Positions 38,946 to 53,130 of a stretch of DNA of 64,000 nucleotides are shown piece after piece; position 1 is the stretch's first letter, and every line of letters starts with the position of its first letter. The notes beneath the pieces are model-generated. The model saw only the letters and a program-made list of their open reading frames with translations, ran no database searches and was not told where the DNA came from. The position numbers and the translations under genes are program-made. This stretch comes from Eledone cirrhosa (Eukaryota): NCBI GenBank assembly GCA_964016885.1, contig OZ024742.1:38254001-38318000 (forward strand), in the 5' to 3' direction.

Positions 38946-39720
38946 TTACATCTATGCAGACACCTGACCTCAAGGAAAACACTCAATTAAATTCAAGGGA
39001 AGAAAATTCCAATACTGGAGAAAAACTATCACCTGAATCTGCTATAAAAGATTCTTTAGCACCAAAGACTGTGGCTGAACCACTTGATGAAGAGGAACCT
39101 GCTGACCCTGCACAAAAGTCATGGTCACTTGAAGAAGAAACAGCAGAAGTTGTTCAAGAGAAAGAATTTTGGCAAGAATGGGTTTCTTTGTTAATTCCAG
39201 AAACTGTGCAACATTCCTTCTGGGCTTTCATTTCAGATCTTCAGAAAGAAATAGACCTCTACATCAAAGCAGAGGAAACCAATACTGCTGAAAATGAAGT
39301 TTCTGTTGTTGCTGATCCAACAACAACACCAAATGTAACAATGGTGAATGTCAGTACAGAAGCAACAGCTGATGCTACTGCTGATACTGCTACTAATACT
39401 AGCGCTAACAGCAATACAACTGGTGAGATCTCAGCTGCAGACCAAGATAAAAATGACACCATTAGCAAGAAACCACGCTTTCACTGTACAGGTAAAAATA
39501 TCACTGAAAACACAACTGGAAGTGTACAGATGGTAAACGGCACCACCTTGTTGCAGAAATTAACTTTTGAAAATAATGCTAGTGGTTCAGACTGTATTCT
39601 TGTCTTTTTTTATGCTCCGTGGTGCCATTTCAGTGCACAAGCTTCACCTAGCTACAATACACTAGGGAGGGCATTCCCCCAACTGGATATTATTGCAGTA
39701 GATGCTGTACAATTCAGCAG
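38946..39720 (+). CDS. TXNDC15: TXNDC15 coding exon 2 (acidic, Ser/Thr-rich luminal region plus start of the thioredoxin fold, WCHFS)
   Basis: Pyrimidine tract and TAG acceptor at 38943-38945, 775-nt open frame, AG|GTTAGT donor. CILVFFYAPWCHFSAQASPSYNTLGRAFPQLDIIAVDAVQFS closely resembles human TXNDC15 as I recall it ([42 protein letters not shown]). Confidence 0.93.
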
Positions 39721-42700
39721 GTTAGTAACAGTATATGGTTCTTCTTTTGTGTTTATTGTGAGGTTCTCACTGGCTTTTCCACATGAATTTCTTTCAGAGG
39801 AGTTCCATATCCTATAATCTATTAGCTCTTAACATCCTGTAATGATTTGGTAGAATGTTTATAGTATACTTGTGGACAGATCACCATGAAAAATTGCAAT
39901 TATAAGATTAAATGTGATGCAGCCTTAAAGTTGTTTAATATTTTTCAAAAATGTGGTGTCATGTGGTACAGGACGTTAAGTGTTAGATTATTGAGATACC
40001 ATTGTAGATTTTATTTTACTGTAGTGTAGGCCTAGTGGTTAGGGTTTTTAGCTCACAATTGTAATGTAGTTTAAATTGCTGGATTGGGCCATGCCTTGTG
40101 TCCTTGAACAAGATACTTCATTTCAAGTTGCTCCAATCAACTCAATGAAAAGAATTAGTATCAGTAGAAACTATGAAATAACCTTGTGACAGACTGACAT
40201 TGTGTCCAGTGGAACTCTTGTACTCTTAATTGCTTAATGCCAATGAAACTGTGACGAGCACCAGCCTGATAGGCCTCAGGGTTTGGCATAGACTTGTAAT
40301 TATTTGCCAAGTTAAACTGTGAACTCCATTCTTTTTAACTCTGACCATATTTCTAATGAAATACAAGAATTTTGTGTGCATTTACTAAAATTATTATTTC
40401 ATTTCTAAGATAGTAATTTAATATAAGGTTCCCATATAAGATATTGATATGAATAGGAACCTTTTAAAATGGGTGGTTTTGTTTCATAGAACCATAGCTG
40501 GTTTTAGTTGGGTTGATATCAAAAGGCTTAAATTATACTCACAGAAAGAGTTGAAGTTATCACTACAATGAAACACTTGTTATATGTACAGTAATTTGCT
40601 GTGCAAACTTAAGGTACTCATATAGATTCTAGGTAAACTGGGATACAGCAAAATGTCCTTGATAAAATATGAATCTGCAATCTCTTTATGTAGGTCAGCA
40701 GCCTATCCTTTTGGCCAACAGTGATTCTCAAATTTGTTTTGCAAGAACACTTTGTAAAGTGGCAGAGCTGATGCTATGATAAAATGCTTCCAGTGGACTT
40801 TGTAAAGTGGTAGTGCTGATGCTATGATACAATGCATTCAGTACATTCTGTAAAGTGGTAGTGCTGGTGCTATGATAAAACACATCCAGCACACTCTATA
40901 AAGTGCTATAGCTGGTGCCATAATAAAATGAACCCGGTACACTTTGTAATGTTGTTGGTAATAAGAAGGATCTCCAGCTGTAGAAACCATGCCAAAATAT
41001 AGAATGTATAAGCAAAATGTAGTCCCTAAACCTGTCAGGTCTCAGACTGTGACAACCTGTCCAACTCTTGCGAGCATGGAATGTGGACATATAATGATAA
41101 TGAAGTTTAAAAATTTAGGTTTGGCAGATCTTTGGAATAAATGCTTTGGACTATTTATTCCAGCTCTTTACATTCTAAGCTTGAATCCCACTGAGGTTAA
41201 CTTTGTCTTTTATCTTTCCAAGTGTTTGGTAAAATAAATATACCAGTCAAGAATGGAGTTGGTTTAAACCGCCCCCCCCCCCCCCCCAAAAAAGGTGGCC
41301 GTGTAGGAGACACGGGTAAAAGGCTCCCAGTCCACACTGTAAATGTGGTTGATGTTAGGAAGGACATCCAGCTGTAAAAAGCCTGCCAGAGATGCTTCAA
41401 TGCGAGTGAGGCATGGTCTCCCCACCATTCCTGCATCAAATGGAACAAAGCTGTCTAACCCATGCTAGCGTGGAAGATGGACGTTAAACGATGATGATGA
41501 TGATGAAGAGTCCATGTAGAAATATTGAGAAAAGTGATAGACATAAAGGAAATCGCAAAGATCTCATGGATCCTAATAGATGTACAAATTGCAGAAAAGT
41601 ATAATGCTCTAAGATTATTGAGTTTATATCAGAGCCTAAGGAATCCCCAGTGTAATTGATAAAGCTACATTCTTCAAACCATTTTGTGACCATATTTCTA
41701 ATAAGATATCCTATATTTCAATTAATCAATGAAGAATTTTGAGGGATTCACTAAAAATATTATTATAGTTCTTATTAGTATAGTTCTTATTAGTATAGTT
41801 CTTATTTAATATTGTTTGAAGATTTCAATTTAAATAGGAACCCTATATTTTGATTAATGAAACATTCCGAATGATTTAATTTAATTATTTCATTGCTAAC
41901 TTAATATATGGTTCCTATCTAAAATTTATGTGGGAAAATTTTAATGTAAATAGGAACTAGTTAAAATGTGTGGTTTTATTTCATAGAACCAGGCCTGGTT
42001 TTAGCTGGGTTAGTATCAAAAGGGTTCAAGCTTATAAATGTGTAAGCCCTTTTTTTTTTACTGGTAACTTGTTGAGCTCTGATCTGAAACTTTGTTTGCA
42101 GGTATAACTTGATACAGGCATTATAAAATTAAATAGTAGGGTGGTAGTTTAACCTTTTCATTCCTATGTTTCTAGACACACATAATATACTCTGTAAAGT
42201 GGTTGGTAACAGGAAGGGCATCCAACTGTAGAAAACTTGCCAAATTAAGGGTCAAGCAGAATTTTCAGTTGTATCTCAAAGACATAACAACCACCCTAGT
42301 CTGGAGTAATGATAAAATTCATCCTGTACATTCTTTAGAATGTAGGAATGTAAGTGGGTGTGATACTGCTTTCTGCCTGTCTAAGAGGTTAGTGGCAACA
42401 ACTAAGTACTGACTTAGTCAGTGATAACCCTTCCAACTCTTGCTGGCAGGGAAAATGGGTGTTAAATGATGATGATTTCTAATGAAAAACACTGGCACCA
42501 GAATTACCACTTTACAGAGTGGACTGGGTGCATTTTATTGTAACACCAGTACTACCATTTTACAGAGTGTATTGGGTGCATTTTATTGTGATACCAGCAC
42601 TACCACTTTACAGAGTTTACTCAGATGAGCATGTATCTATAGGAAAAGGATGAGGGTATTGGAAATGGGATTGTGTGGTGTTTATGCTTTCCACAAGATG

Positions 42701-43637
42701 AAAGTAAAAGGGGGTGCAGAATGGAATGGACCTTCATCAGTTTCAACGATGAGTGTTTGCAGTTTGATCAATGGTCTAGCCTGCTTGTGAAATTAACATG
42801 CAAGTGACTAAGCATTCCATAGACACATGTTGTCTTAATGTAATTCTCAGGGAGATTCAGCATGATACAGTGTGTGACAAAGTTGGCCCTTTGAATTACA
42901 GATACAGTCCATCTGATGGGCTTCCAAACAGTTTTTCTCTAGCCAATTTCACTAACAAAGCTTGAGTCGACCCAAGGCTAAGGCAAATGACATTTGCTCA
43001 GGATGCTATGCAGTGGAATCAAACTCAGGATCTAATGATTACAAAGTAAACTCCTTAACCATTTGACCATGCTGCATCACATAGGTGCCCGAGGGTAGTT
43101 GTGTTAATGTGGCTTTGGGAATTTGATGTCTGTTTTCGCCACACTCTTGCAACTAATTATCTCTGCCTTCTGTTTTCTGACATTTACAAACAAAATGAGT
43201 TTGTTTTACTACACCCGCCTCTCTTCCTCCTCTTTCTTCAACACTCCTCTTCCCCTTCCATCACCATAACCACCAACAACATAACTACCACCACCAATAG
43301 CATCACCCTAAACACCACCACCAACAACCTCAACATCACCAACATAACCGTAATCACTATCACCACTACCTCGCCATTTAAAAGTCTTCCTAAAAATGTG
43401 TGAGTGTCTGTGTGTGTGTGTGTGTAAGGTTTCTCTGTCATTATTCAGCTTCAGCTCAGAAAATGTCATCTTATAGTATTATCAAAATCCAGACACCATC
43501 CTTCCCAAACACATGATAACAACAATAATAATAATGATTTTTAATTTGGGCACAAGGCCAGCAATTTTGTTGGGGAGGGATAAGTTGATTACATCAAACT
43601 CATAATAATCAGCCATAATAAAACGGCATGTGTGAAG

Positions 43638-43969
43638 GTGCATGACTTAGTGGTTAGAGTGTCTGGCTTATAATCGTTAGGTTGAGAGTTCAATTCTTGA
43701 CTGGGCTTCGCATTGTGTTCCTGAGCAAGACACTTTATTTCATGCTGCTCCAGTTCACTGAGCTGCTGAAATGAGTTGCAACGTCACTAGTGCCAAGCTC
43801 TATTGGCCTTAGCCTTTCCCTTGGACAACATCGGTGGTGTGGAGAGGGGCGACTGGTATGTATGGGCGACTGCTGGTCTCCCACAAACAACCTTGCTCGG
43901 ACTTGTGCCTCAGCGAGGAACTTTCTAGGTGCAAACCCCATGGTTATTCATGACTGAAGGGGGTCTTTA
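43638..43969 (+). mobile_element. tRNA-derived SINE with CORE-like domain; related copies near 17480-17754(-), 40027-40295, 44775-45020, 45450-45768, 47960-48050(-), 49335-49520, 50218-50420, 50645-50940, 61075-61215(-)
   Basis: A-box TAGTGGTTAG, B-box GTTCAATTC, then TGTGTTCCTGAGCAAGACACTT, which resembles the CORE-SINE domain. Confidence 0.75.
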
Positions 43970-46007
43970 CCAGTGTGTTTGTATATTTATTACAAACATA
44001 CAATACACTCAGTGCATTTCATATTTCAGTCACAAGGTTCTGGGTTCTAACCCTACATTTCTCCCTGTAAATAGTTATTTCTTCAAAGTTACTCATACAT
44101 TTAATCATGTATGTCATTTGTACATATATACTGGACATTTATGTAATTATATCCTAGAAATAAATTATTAAAATATAATTCTTATCTTTAATCAGTTCTA
44201 TGTGTCAGTCCATAATAATGATTTCTACCATAGGCACAAGGCCAGCAATTGTGGGTCAGGATGAAAGGCAAAGCTAACCTTGGCGGGATTTGAACTCAGA
44301 ACGTAAAGGGGTGTCACTCAATGCCGCAAATCATGTTGTCCGATGCCAATCTACCACCCTCATAATAATAATAATTTCTTTGTTAAGCACAATAATTTGT
44401 ACATATAATGCAGTAAACATAAACACAGGGGTTACAATACTTGTGGGGCTGTGCAATGTTATATAAAACTGAGAGTAGAAGCAAGGTTATACAATAGATG
44501 GGTAAAATTTGATAAACAAGAAGTATATATAAAATTATTATACAACACAATAATTAACACATGATATGATATATTACATGAAAACATTTTGGGTTAGCCA
44601 CCAACACATGGATAGGAACCCACTAATTGAGTTGAATCAGGGTACCCCACATTTTGATTGCACACAATGCATTATATATTTTCCAGAGATCACCAAAATC
44701 ACCCTTAAGCATTTTTTTCAGTGGGTTCATCATTAAAAGAACCCACATGCAAGTATGTAAAAGTCTGTCCTTGTGCTCTAGTGGTTAGGGTGTTGGACTC
44801 ACAATCATAAGGTTGTTAGTTCGATTCTTGGACCAGGCAGCATGTTGTGTTCTTGATCAAGACTTTTCATTTTACATTGCTTTTCATGATAAGACCCTAT
44901 CATTAAACACTCAAGAACCCCACCACCACCACCACCATAGGAAGCCAGCTAAACCTACATTGGTGTGAGCTACATGAGAGTACTGAAGAACTGAGAGTAC
45001 TGAGAGTCATTAAAGCACCTGCAAAATTTCCTATGTAAAGTGTGGTAAGGAGTGAGTGGGTGTGGTGGGGAGTGTGATACAGTATGGTAGGGTATTGTGT
45101 AGTAGTGTGTGGTGTATGGTTGTGTGTGATGTAGTGGGGGAGGATGTAGTATGTGTACATATATACATATTACTGGTCTTATCTCTCCAACAAAATATAA
45201 AGTACTGATAAGAGACAAAAATATTAGCAAAACCCTTGGTTGTTTTTAACACACACACACACACAACCTCTGTCACAAGAGGTGGAACCCACTCAGTACA
45301 CCCCTCAGTCACTACTAAGTGGTGAAGGAACAAATTGAGATAACATAGAGGCGAGAGGACCCCTAGCCCTGTTCAATACTTAACAACCTTTCCATCCAAC
45401 CCATTCCAGTATGGAAAAAGGATGTAAAATTATGGTTGTGTGTGTGTGAAGGCACATGGCTTAGTGGTTAGAGTGTTGTGTTCACAATTATGAGGTTGTG
45501 AGTTTGATTCCTAGACCTGGCAATACGTTGTGTCAAAGCACTTTATTTCCTGTTTCTCCAATTCACTCAGCTGTAGAAATGAGTTACTGCGTCACTGGTG
45601 TCAATCTGTATTGGCTTTTGCCTGTCCCTTGGACAACATCGATGAGAGACTGGTTTGCATGGGCAACTGCTTGTCTTCCACAAAAAACACCTCAAGGCTT
45701 GTTTGTGCCTTCAAGGGGAACTTTCCTGGTGCAAATTCCATGGTCATTTGTGACCAAAGGGGGTCTTTACTCTTTATATATATATATGGTATCACAAAAA
45801 CATCCAGCCCACACTATAAAGTGGTCCTGTAGGTGTCATGACAAAGACACCCAGCCCACACTGTAAATGTGGTTGGCATTAGGAAGAGCATCCAGTCGTA
45901 GAAATCTAGCCAGAAACAGTCCTATATAAGCAAGACACGGTCACCTGACCCAACTTGCCTCTAATGGGACAAACCCATCTAACCACTGCTAGCGTGGAAA
46001 ATAGATG

Positions 46008-46224
46008 TTAACCCTTTAGCATTTATATTACTCTATATTTACTACTATATTTTTACGGTAAAAGGCTTTACCTCACATAATATCCAAGCTATGAGATTTT
46101 GATGTTATTTATTTTGAGAACAATACCTTAACATTGATATGAGTGGCTGATTACAGCTAGTTTGAACAGAAAGAAATGAGAGAATTCTGGCTGGATATGG
46201 CCGGTTTAAATGCTAAAGAGTTAA
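46008..46224. mobile_element. piggyBac-type MITE, family A, inserted at the TTAA of an RTE-type tail
   Basis: Flanks read gatgTTAA|...|TTAAacaatgatgat, a duplicated TTAA inside the usual GATGTTAAACGATGAT tail. Confidence 0.82.
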
Positions 46225-47399
46225 ACAATGATGATAATGTATAGGCAGACACACACAGCATAGCCCTGTGGTTAAGAAGTTCACTTTGTATCCACATGGT
46301 TCCAGGTTCAGTTCCACTGTGTGGTAACTTGGGCTACTGTTTACTAAAGCCACAGATTGACCAATGCCATGTGAGTGGAATTTGGTAGATGGAAACTGTG
46401 TGGAAACCCATCATATATATTCTTTTACTGGTTTCAGTCTTTAAATTGCGCCCATGCTGGGGCACTGCCTTAAAAATAATATATATATGCGTGTCTATGT
46501 TTGTGTTTCCATAACTTAGCAGCTCAACCACACAATAATAAAAAAAATTGATGAAATAAGTACCAGACTTAAAGTACTGGGGTCGATAAATCCCATCAAG
46601 GCAGTGCCTCAGCATGGCTGCAGTTTGACTGAAACCATTAGAAAAATTAAAAAGAAAAACTTCCCTGCTTTCATTCCATATATGTATGTAAGAATAAATT
46701 CTCTAACACTTCCTCTGTTTAAACATGAAGTAAACAGGGCTTCCTCTTTTTGTTTATCCCTAGGTCAACCATGATCAAGGAGACCTATGATCAAAAGCAT
46801 TTCAGCTGTGACCATCCTGTCTATCCCTTCACACCCCAGCTAGATACTAGGACTACATTACTCGATGTGTCTTTTTTTAATATAAGGTTGATTTGAGAGG
46901 TATTTGGCTGCTATTTTTAGCTGCTTGAGTAACTACAAAGAGACTCCCTTTTTGGCTTATGGCACACTGTGTGTGTGTGTTTTCTTCATCAATTTGATAT
47001 CTAGCTGTTTTCATGGTGTTGGAATAAAGGGGTGGGCTAGGGTTTTCCATTGATCTTGGGATGAAGCTGATAACAGTAGCAGAAAGGAGAGGAAAGGAAG
47101 GGGAATAAAGATACTGAAGGAAGCAGATTGACATAACTTTAGGGAACAGTAACAAAGGGGTTCATGGTTGCTAGAGCAACTAGGAGTGCTTGTAAAAAAT
47201 ATGTAAATCTAAATGTTATAGTTCACAGGTTAAGCTGGCTGCCTACAAGGTTGTATCTCAATGTTGTATCTCATAGGTGGCTTCTTGGGTGTTTTAATAA
47301 GGGCCCCTAGCCTCTCATGTTGTTAAAGCTCACTACATAGATTTAGCTGGCCTTCTACAAGATTGTATTTCATTGGCAGTTTCCTGGGTATTTTAATGT

Positions 47400-47830
47400 T
47401 TGGAGCCTTACTCGCTATCTTCAATTCGGTTGAATCTTGGGTAATGACCGAAAGAATACGATTGCGAATACAGGTGACCAAAATGGGGTTCCTCTGAAGG
47501 AAGAGTGCATAGCTCGGAGATCAGAGAGTCACTCCAGGTAGAACTGCTACTTCTCCGAATTGAGAAATCACAGCTCCGATTCTATGGGCATGTGGTTAGA
47601 ATGTCTCAGGAAAGAATTGCTGGACAGATTTTACAGGCAAAACCAACCGGCAGGAGACCTAGGGGTAGACTCCGAGCAAGATGGTTGGATAGCATCCATG
47701 AGCTTGGTTAGTCTTGCTTAGGGATCCAGGTGGATCAATTGGGGTTGCTTCTGACAGGACCTACTGGAAGGAGTGTTTGAGGATTCTTCCTTCACGACCC
47801 TCTTGGGAATAAGTGGGCAAAGAAGAAGGG
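47400..47830 (+). mobile_element. RTE-like LINE 3' fragment
   Basis: IEKSQLRFYGHVVRM..RRPRGRLRARWLD; a sister copy lies at 59440-59820. Confidence 0.8.
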
Positions 47831-49079
47831 GCCTTAGTCCTACCATGTTGTTGTTAAAGCTCACACTTATGTAGGTTTAGCTGGCCTCCTACAACATTGC
47901 ATTTCATAGGTTTCTAGGTTGTTTTAATGATTGAGGCTTCACTTTTATTATGAAATGATATGTTTTGCTGAAGAACACAGCACCTTGTCTTATCCAGGAA
48001 TCAAACTCATCATCTTATGATTGTGACTTCAACATCCTAACCACTAGGCCCAATGCTATCACTAGGAGTTCATGGTAGCTTGTGAAAAGATGGAATTAAT
48101 TTTTGTTTGTCTGTTGATGGTCAATGAAATTTATAATTTTAGCTACACAACCCTTCAATGGAGGATGCAGTTGTTTGGGGGATCGGACAATCCCGACTGT
48201 TCTCACCTAGTTAGTGCAATTTAATCTTTTCATGATTATATTTCTAAAGAAATACACTCTATTTCAATTAATTAATGAAGAATTTTGAAGGTTTACTGGA
48301 ATTATTATTTCATTGATAGGACTTTAACATATGCTCTTTATATAAAATTATGTTAGAAGATTTAAATTTAAATATGAATCCTTTAAAATGGGTGGTTTTC
48401 TTCCATAGAACCATAGACAGTTTTACCTAAGAACTTTTGTTAAGTTGTTTCAAACACCAACTTAATAATGAGAAAGTTAGTTACATTACTAAACCCCTCC
48501 AAATTCTTGTTCATTTAAAAAATTATTTGAAAATCATAGGCAATGTCTTTCATTAAAAGTATGGTAATGAAAGGGTTTAGCCCCTACTGGCTAAATCATC
48601 TTTTATGGCTCTGTACGAGTGAAATAAATAAATAATTTGTTTATTCAGTTTAAAGAAATAACAGTTTAAAGTTGCTAAGTAGGTTGAATTGCCAGAAAAA
48701 ATGGTGGTTATATAATTTTATGATTACACCTACTAACACAGATTCTCATAGAATCATCTAGTGTCTACTTTTTCTTTATGTAACCAAAGTGTATATATAT
48801 ATATATGTATGTGTGTATATAATGTATGTGTTTGTATGTGTGAATGTTTTAATGCATGTGCATGTTGAGATGATAGTGTTTGGTGAGGGAAAGAATTGAG
48901 AGATAGATAGAAACAGGGAGAGTGAGAGCGTAGATAAAGAAATCAATTTAGTGTGGTAAACAAAGATAAAAAAAAATCAAATATTTATAGTTTAGTCTAT
49001 AAAAGCTTGCCTGGTATTTTCTACAGAATATTTTATCAACTGCTACTACCCCCCTCATTACATACTTTGCACTTCCCCC

Positions 49080-49230
49080 CTCACCATTACTTAGCTACTA
49101 CCTTTCCCTCCACCATTACTTAGCTACCATCTCTCTCTCCACCATTACTTAGCTACCATCTCTCCCTCCACCATTACTTAACTACCATCTAACCCCCCCC
49201 CCATCATTGCTTATCCACCATCTCTCCCAC
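49080..49230. repeat. About 28-bp pyrimidine-rich minisatellite
   Basis: Repeated CCACCATTACTTAGCTACCATCTCTCCCT. Confidence 0.8.
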
Positions 49231-51000
49231 ACCACCGTTACCTACCTCACACCTGTTTCCCAATCATTACTTGCCTCCCACAACTCCCTCATTGCAATGT
49301 TTCAGAGACTGTCTTATTAAATAACATTAAGCATAATGGCCTAGTGGTTAGGGTGTTGGACACAATAATAAGGTAGTGGATTCAATTCCTTGACCATTAG
49401 TAAGACACTTCATTTCATATAGCTTTTCATGATAGAATTTGGGTGCCTATCATTAAAACACTTGAGAAACCTCCTATGAGATGCAACCACATAAAAAGCC
49501 AGTTACATAGGTGTGAGCTGTAAATTTCATCATTACATTATATATTGAATTGATTTGTGACCTTGGATTAAATCTACCTTAACTCCAAGGTTTTTGTTGC
49601 TGCCTTTGCCTCATCAATGATTATTTGAATGTGTATGCAGTTCTAAATCTAATTTTGTGCTATAGGTTTACATTTTATATCAAATACATGTTCTTAATGG
49701 TAAATAATTGTTTCTACTTTTGGCACTAGGCTAGCAATTTGAAAGGAAGGGGGAAAGTTGATTAAATTGATCTCAGTGTGTTACTGCTACTTTATTTTAT
49801 CAACCCTGTAAGCATGAAAGGCAAAGCTTACCTCAGTGGGATTTAAACTCAGAATGTAAAGGGCTGTAACTATAAGCTGCAAAGTATGTTGTCCGACATG
49901 CTTGGTTAAAATAGTCATAAAATGTTAAAAATAACCATTACAAATGCTTCTCAAACTCAGAAACATCAAATATTTCCTTAAAATAAACCTTGGCCTCTAT
50001 TGACATAAACTAGTGACTTTGCATCTCTTATTTCAGTAACTCAATGAAGATGGAATGTGAAGCTGGTTAGGTATGATGGCTTCACAATCACCTGTATAGT
50101 TTTACCTTCCATATCCTTTTATCAAACCTCTGAGGCAATATAATTTCTACTGACAAGCACTAAACATTGATAGTAGTAGATTTTTACTCAACTCATGAGT
50201 AGGTAGTTTGATACTGTGAAGGCATATAACTTAGTGGTTAGGGTATTTGGCTTGTGATTGTAAAGTTGTAAGATTGTTTCCTGTACTTGAGCAAAACACT
50301 TTATTTCACGTTGATCCAGTTCAACTGCTGGAAAAAATGAGTTTTACCTGTAATTCAAAGGGTCAGCCTTATCACATCCTGTGACACATTGAATCTTCCT
50401 GAGAATTACATTAAAGGTACATATATCTCTTCTCTTTTGGTTTTTTCTGCCACCTGAACCTTCCATTGTTAATATGTATTCCTTTTTCAGCACTCTTCAG
50501 CACTCTTCCAGTAACATCACATACATCCATACCACTGTAGTTCTCTTCTCTATCACTTACAAAGGGAGCCCATCTCTGTTGACTGTGTCACATGCATTGT
50601 CTCTAATAATCTCAAGTACTCAAATAATATTTGAAAGCCTGAGGACTAGGGATTAGGGTGTTGAACTCAAAATCATTAGGTTGAAAGTTGAATTCCTTGA
50701 CCATGTGGTGCTTTGTGTTCTTTAGCAAGATACTTAATATTATGTTGGTTTTAATGATAAGACTAGGGCAGGGGCTTCTATCATAAAAATACCAGATGAT
50801 CCTCCTCTGAGATGCAACCATGTAGGAGACCAATTAAACTTGCATAGGTGTGAGCTGTAGTAACAAGTGGGGCTCCTATTATTAAAACACTCAAGCAAAC
50901 TCCTGTGAGATACAACCTTGTGGGAGGTGTGAGCTGTAAAAAAAGAAATCAAAATACCATCGAAGATACTAACTTTTGCTCTCTTGTTTTTCTTTGCCAG

Positions 51001-51131
51001 CCTCAATGCCAGGTTTGGAGTGGTATCAGTTCCCAATATCATGTTCTTTCACCACTCCAGGTCAGTGGTGCGTTTTAACAGTTCCAAAAAGACTTTTGAG
51101 AATATGGCTCTTTTTGTGAAGAATATGACAG
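51001..51131 (+). CDS. TXNDC15: TXNDC15 coding exon 3 (rest of the thioredoxin fold)
   Basis: CTAAC branch-like site, long pyrimidine tract and CAG acceptor; phase-2 join AG+C gives Ser. Encodes SLNARFGVVSVPNIMFFHHSRSVVRFNSSKKTFENMALFVKNMT, similar to recalled human [51 protein letters not shown] donor. Confidence 0.93.
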
Positions 51132-52744
51132 GTAAGACAGTTCAACATTTTATTTTAATTATTTATTTTGCTTGACACCTCCCTCTTGCAGCATTCACAA
51201 GGCATTGATCAATCTGAGGTGAGAGTAAAAGACATTTGCCCAAGGTGCTCTGCAGTAGGACTGATTCTGGGACCACGTAGTTGCAAAGCAAACTCTTTAA
51301 CAAGACAGTAATTGGAGCATAACTTTACAAAATGATGATGGAATGCCTGAAGATAAATATAAACATTTTAAACTAAAATTTTATATTGTATAACCCAGAG
51401 TGGTTTCAGGTGGTTTGGTATCAAAAGGATTAAATATTCCAAAGCATACTGTGAATAACAACTGATAAGTCAACTCAGCATGCTATTTGATTTTTAAGAG
51501 TCTTAGCTCCAAATTTTGAGTTAGGGCTATAGCTACTATATAGGTCAAATCCACCCCACTTCCAACATATGTTAGGTTCTGATGAGGATGTTTGTATTGG
51601 TGACTGTCCTCAGGGTGTTCAAACTGATTACTGCATAAAATAGATCCAGCACATGGAAAAATGGATCTAAAACAGTGACTGTATTTTATAGTATTTGGAG
51701 CCATTTGGACATCATCATCATCATCATCAACGTTTAACGTCCGTGTTCCACGCTTGCATGGGTTTGGACGGGGGTAGTCCCACTTGAGGCAAGAGTGATT
51801 TTCTTGCTCGCATAGGACTGTCTGGCAGGTTTTCTACAGTTGGATGCCCTTCCTAACACCAACCACATTTACAGTGTGGGTCTGGGAGGTTTTTACCGTG
51901 TTGCCTACATGTGGTTGGTAAATAATTATTTTTTTTGTATTATTTAATGATTCTGAGGAATTCAGTACAGAGGAATAAAATACCACTTCCTTCTGTATTT
52001 GAGAGAAATGTTTGTAAATCTATTAAATAGTGTAATTAAACCCTGGTTATTTATTATTCTTTTTATATATACTGTAAAACTACTATGACTGGAAATTTAC
52101 AAATTGAATTAAACTCTGAACTGTCTTTTGCTAATCTTATTGTGGACAATAAAATTACATTTGAATTTTGAATAACTCTTTGCCTTATATGGTTGCATTA
52201 TCAACTCATCAACCCATGCTAGCATGGAAGATGGATCTTAAATGATGATGAAGATGATGAAACAAACAAAACACAGGAGGCAATTTTACGCAGTTATATT
52301 AGGTTCACACTTGGTGGAATTGGAGGTATATAATAGGCTTCCTTATTTGTATATAAGAAGAAAGTATAGGACTTGAACCCAACAATCTTATAGTTTTTAA
52401 AATACTCATGCATTTCCATAGGTACTGCTAGTTTTGATGTATTTCAATAAAAATGGTGCTTTTATTGTGCATTTTTTACACCATATTTGTTCAGAACCCA
52501 TAGCTCACTCTATACAGCTCTTATCCACTGCAATCACATTCTATTCTACTATGCATCACCATCTTTAAACCTAGATTCACTCCTTTGTCACTTTTGCCCA
52601 CCAGTTTAACTTTCAGTCATTACAATGTTGTCAAATCAATTATAATCATAGCACATATTTAATGAAAGACACTGCCACTGATTATAACCCCTTCATTTTT
52701 TATGAAAGATACTGCCTGTTATTTTCAATATTTTAAAAAAGTTG

Positions 52745-53130
52745 TATCAAATGGTCAGATGGTTCTTTAGAGGCAATTGACATATATTACCTGGGTGACA
52801 GAATCAGCAATGGAGGCAGGGTGTTCTGAAAGTACAGTAGTTAAAGTGGGAACTCGTTGGAAACAAGTTTAGGGATCTAGTGCCACTGCTGGTTACAAGT
52901 TTTTTTTTCCTTAGAAAGCAGGTTGAATGATGCTTGTGTGTATCGCAATGCTGCATGGAAGTGTGACTTGGTTTTTGTGTGTGGACTTATGAGGATTCGA
53001 AAGAAATGAGGCAAGCATGCTCAATGGATGTGTAATAGTAGTTAGTGTGCATGATGAATGTCAATAAGCTGTAAAAAAAACTGAGCATAAGAGGAGTCAG
53101 ATACATTGCAATGGCATGGGCATATAATGT
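52745..53130 (+). mobile_element. Old RTE fragment
   Basis: Decayed YLGDRIS..GRLNDACV..MLHGSVTW..ERNEASML motifs. Confidence 0.7.

Noticed and set aside
38912-39817. 301-aa ORF as a complete single-exon gene
   Set aside because: Both ends are intronic read-through; splice sites at 38945/38946 and 39720/39721 join in phase to exons 1 and 3.
43638-43712. tRNA genes at A/B-box motifs
   Set aside because: They are degenerate, multi-copy and followed by SINE bodies; no clean cloverleaf is visible.
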